Of a stretch of DNA of 64,000 bases, positions 63,371-64,000 are shown in pieces. The notes under the pieces were generated by a model. That model had not been told where the DNA came from, did no database searches, and saw only the letters and a program-made list of their open reading frames with translations. Position 1 is the first letter of the stretch. Each line of letters begins with the position of its first letter. Source of the stretch: a virus (taxonomy: Duplodnaviria; Heunggongvirae; Uroviricota; Caudoviricetes); the IMG/VR virus record IMGVR_UViG_3300013800_000004, positions 64,001 through 128,000 of that record. One strand, written 5' to 3'. A program made the translations under genes and the position numbers.

Positions 63371-64000
63371 ATGCCAAACGCCCCCCCTTGGACACAGATG
63401 GACATCCTCGACCTTGAGCGTTTGTCTCACCGCGAGGATGGAAAGACCCTGAACTGGGACGCTCTTCATGCACGGTTCCCCAACCGAACCCGAGGGAGTA
63501 TCTCAACCAAGATGTCTCGCCTGGGTCTGGCCGAAAGCCCGCTGTGGACTCCCGCGGAGGATAAGATCCTCTTGGACGGTTGGAATGAGGTGACGGCGCG
63601 GACGCTTGGGAGGATGCTCCCGGGGCGTTCAATGCAGAGTCGGTACGACCGGGCGAGGAAGCTGGGCCTTCGCGCAGGTGCCCCGCAGGGGATGGTCTCG
63701 GTCAAGTCTCTGTCACAAGACCCTCAGTGGGGCTACGACTACTACACCACCTTGCGGATCCTCAAGTTTGGGGAGGTGGTTGTGAAGTCCCGCAACTACT
63801 CCATGCCCCACTCCCGGTCCCGGGGGGTGCGGTACGTAGACCGTGATGATGCCGTCGAGGCCGCAGAGGCGTGGGAGAAACAACGCTCGCGGGTTGAGAC
63901 TGTGATGCAGGCCGCACATCGCATCGGGATGATGTCTCGCACCCTCTGGCAGTGGCTGACCTTGGAAAGGCTGGTCCCCCCCAAGAGCAAGGACTCGGGG
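63371..64000 (+). CDS. protein with two Myb/SANT-like repeats; runs off the window end
   Basis: Read manually: PWTQMDILDL...FPNRTRGSISTKMSRLGL and LWTPAEDKILL...LPGRSMQSRYDRARKLGL. Confidence 0.75.
   Translation, partial: MPNAPPWTQMDILDLERLSHREDGKTLNWDALHARFPNRTRGSISTKMSRLGLAESPLWTPAEDKILLDGWNEVTARTLGRMLPGRSMQSRYDRARKLGLRAGAPQGMVSVKSLSQDPQWGYDYYTTLRILKFGEVVVKSRNYSMPHSRSRGVRYVDRDDAVEAAEAWEKQRSRVETVMQAAHRIGMMSRTLWQWLTLERLVPPKSKDSG

Noticed and set aside
1-64000. CRISPR array, tRNA or rRNA genes
   Set aside because: No regularly spaced direct repeats were seen. The only convincing T-arm (GGTTCGATTCC, 54663-54673) belongs to the tmRNA. Manual scan only.

Overview
A 64-kb, GC-rich, gene-dense segment that reads as part of a large lytic, contractile-tailed (jumbo-type) bacteriophage genome. 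No integrase, capsid, terminase or host housekeeping operon is present. Replication block at 1-18 kb: SNF2 helicase, degenerate DnaC-like loader, DnaB-like helicase, split DNA methyltransferase, primase Zn-finger, family A DNA polymerase. Probable head-cargo proteins at 12.7, 20.8-29.4, 41.5 and 55-61 kb. Baseplate and tail block at 30.6-52 kb: gp25-like, baseplate J-like and three proteins over 1000 aa. Auxiliary functions: thymidine kinase, PIN-PhoH, tandem cold-shock protein, RNA-repair HAD, GIY-YIG nuclease and a one-piece tmRNA. Most notable observations: (1) an FGE-sulfatase/C-type-lectin gene that stops right after GNVWxW, followed by three tandem mini-ORFs each encoding a different version of the missing C-terminal variable segment, plus a fourth orphan cassette 30 kb away; (2) a shared ~28-aa LR..IRLA..P.LRP.LLPLL..KTA module fused to unrelated cargos including an ADP-ribosyltransferase-like and a ParB-like domain; (3) two genes broken by free-standing endonucleases and apparently rescued in different ways; (4) two start-proximal DNA motifs, GGGCGTAA-N7-9-ATG and (C/T)TAT-N14-15-ATG, that partition non-structural from virion genes. 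All family assignments come from motif recognition by eye; no database search was run.
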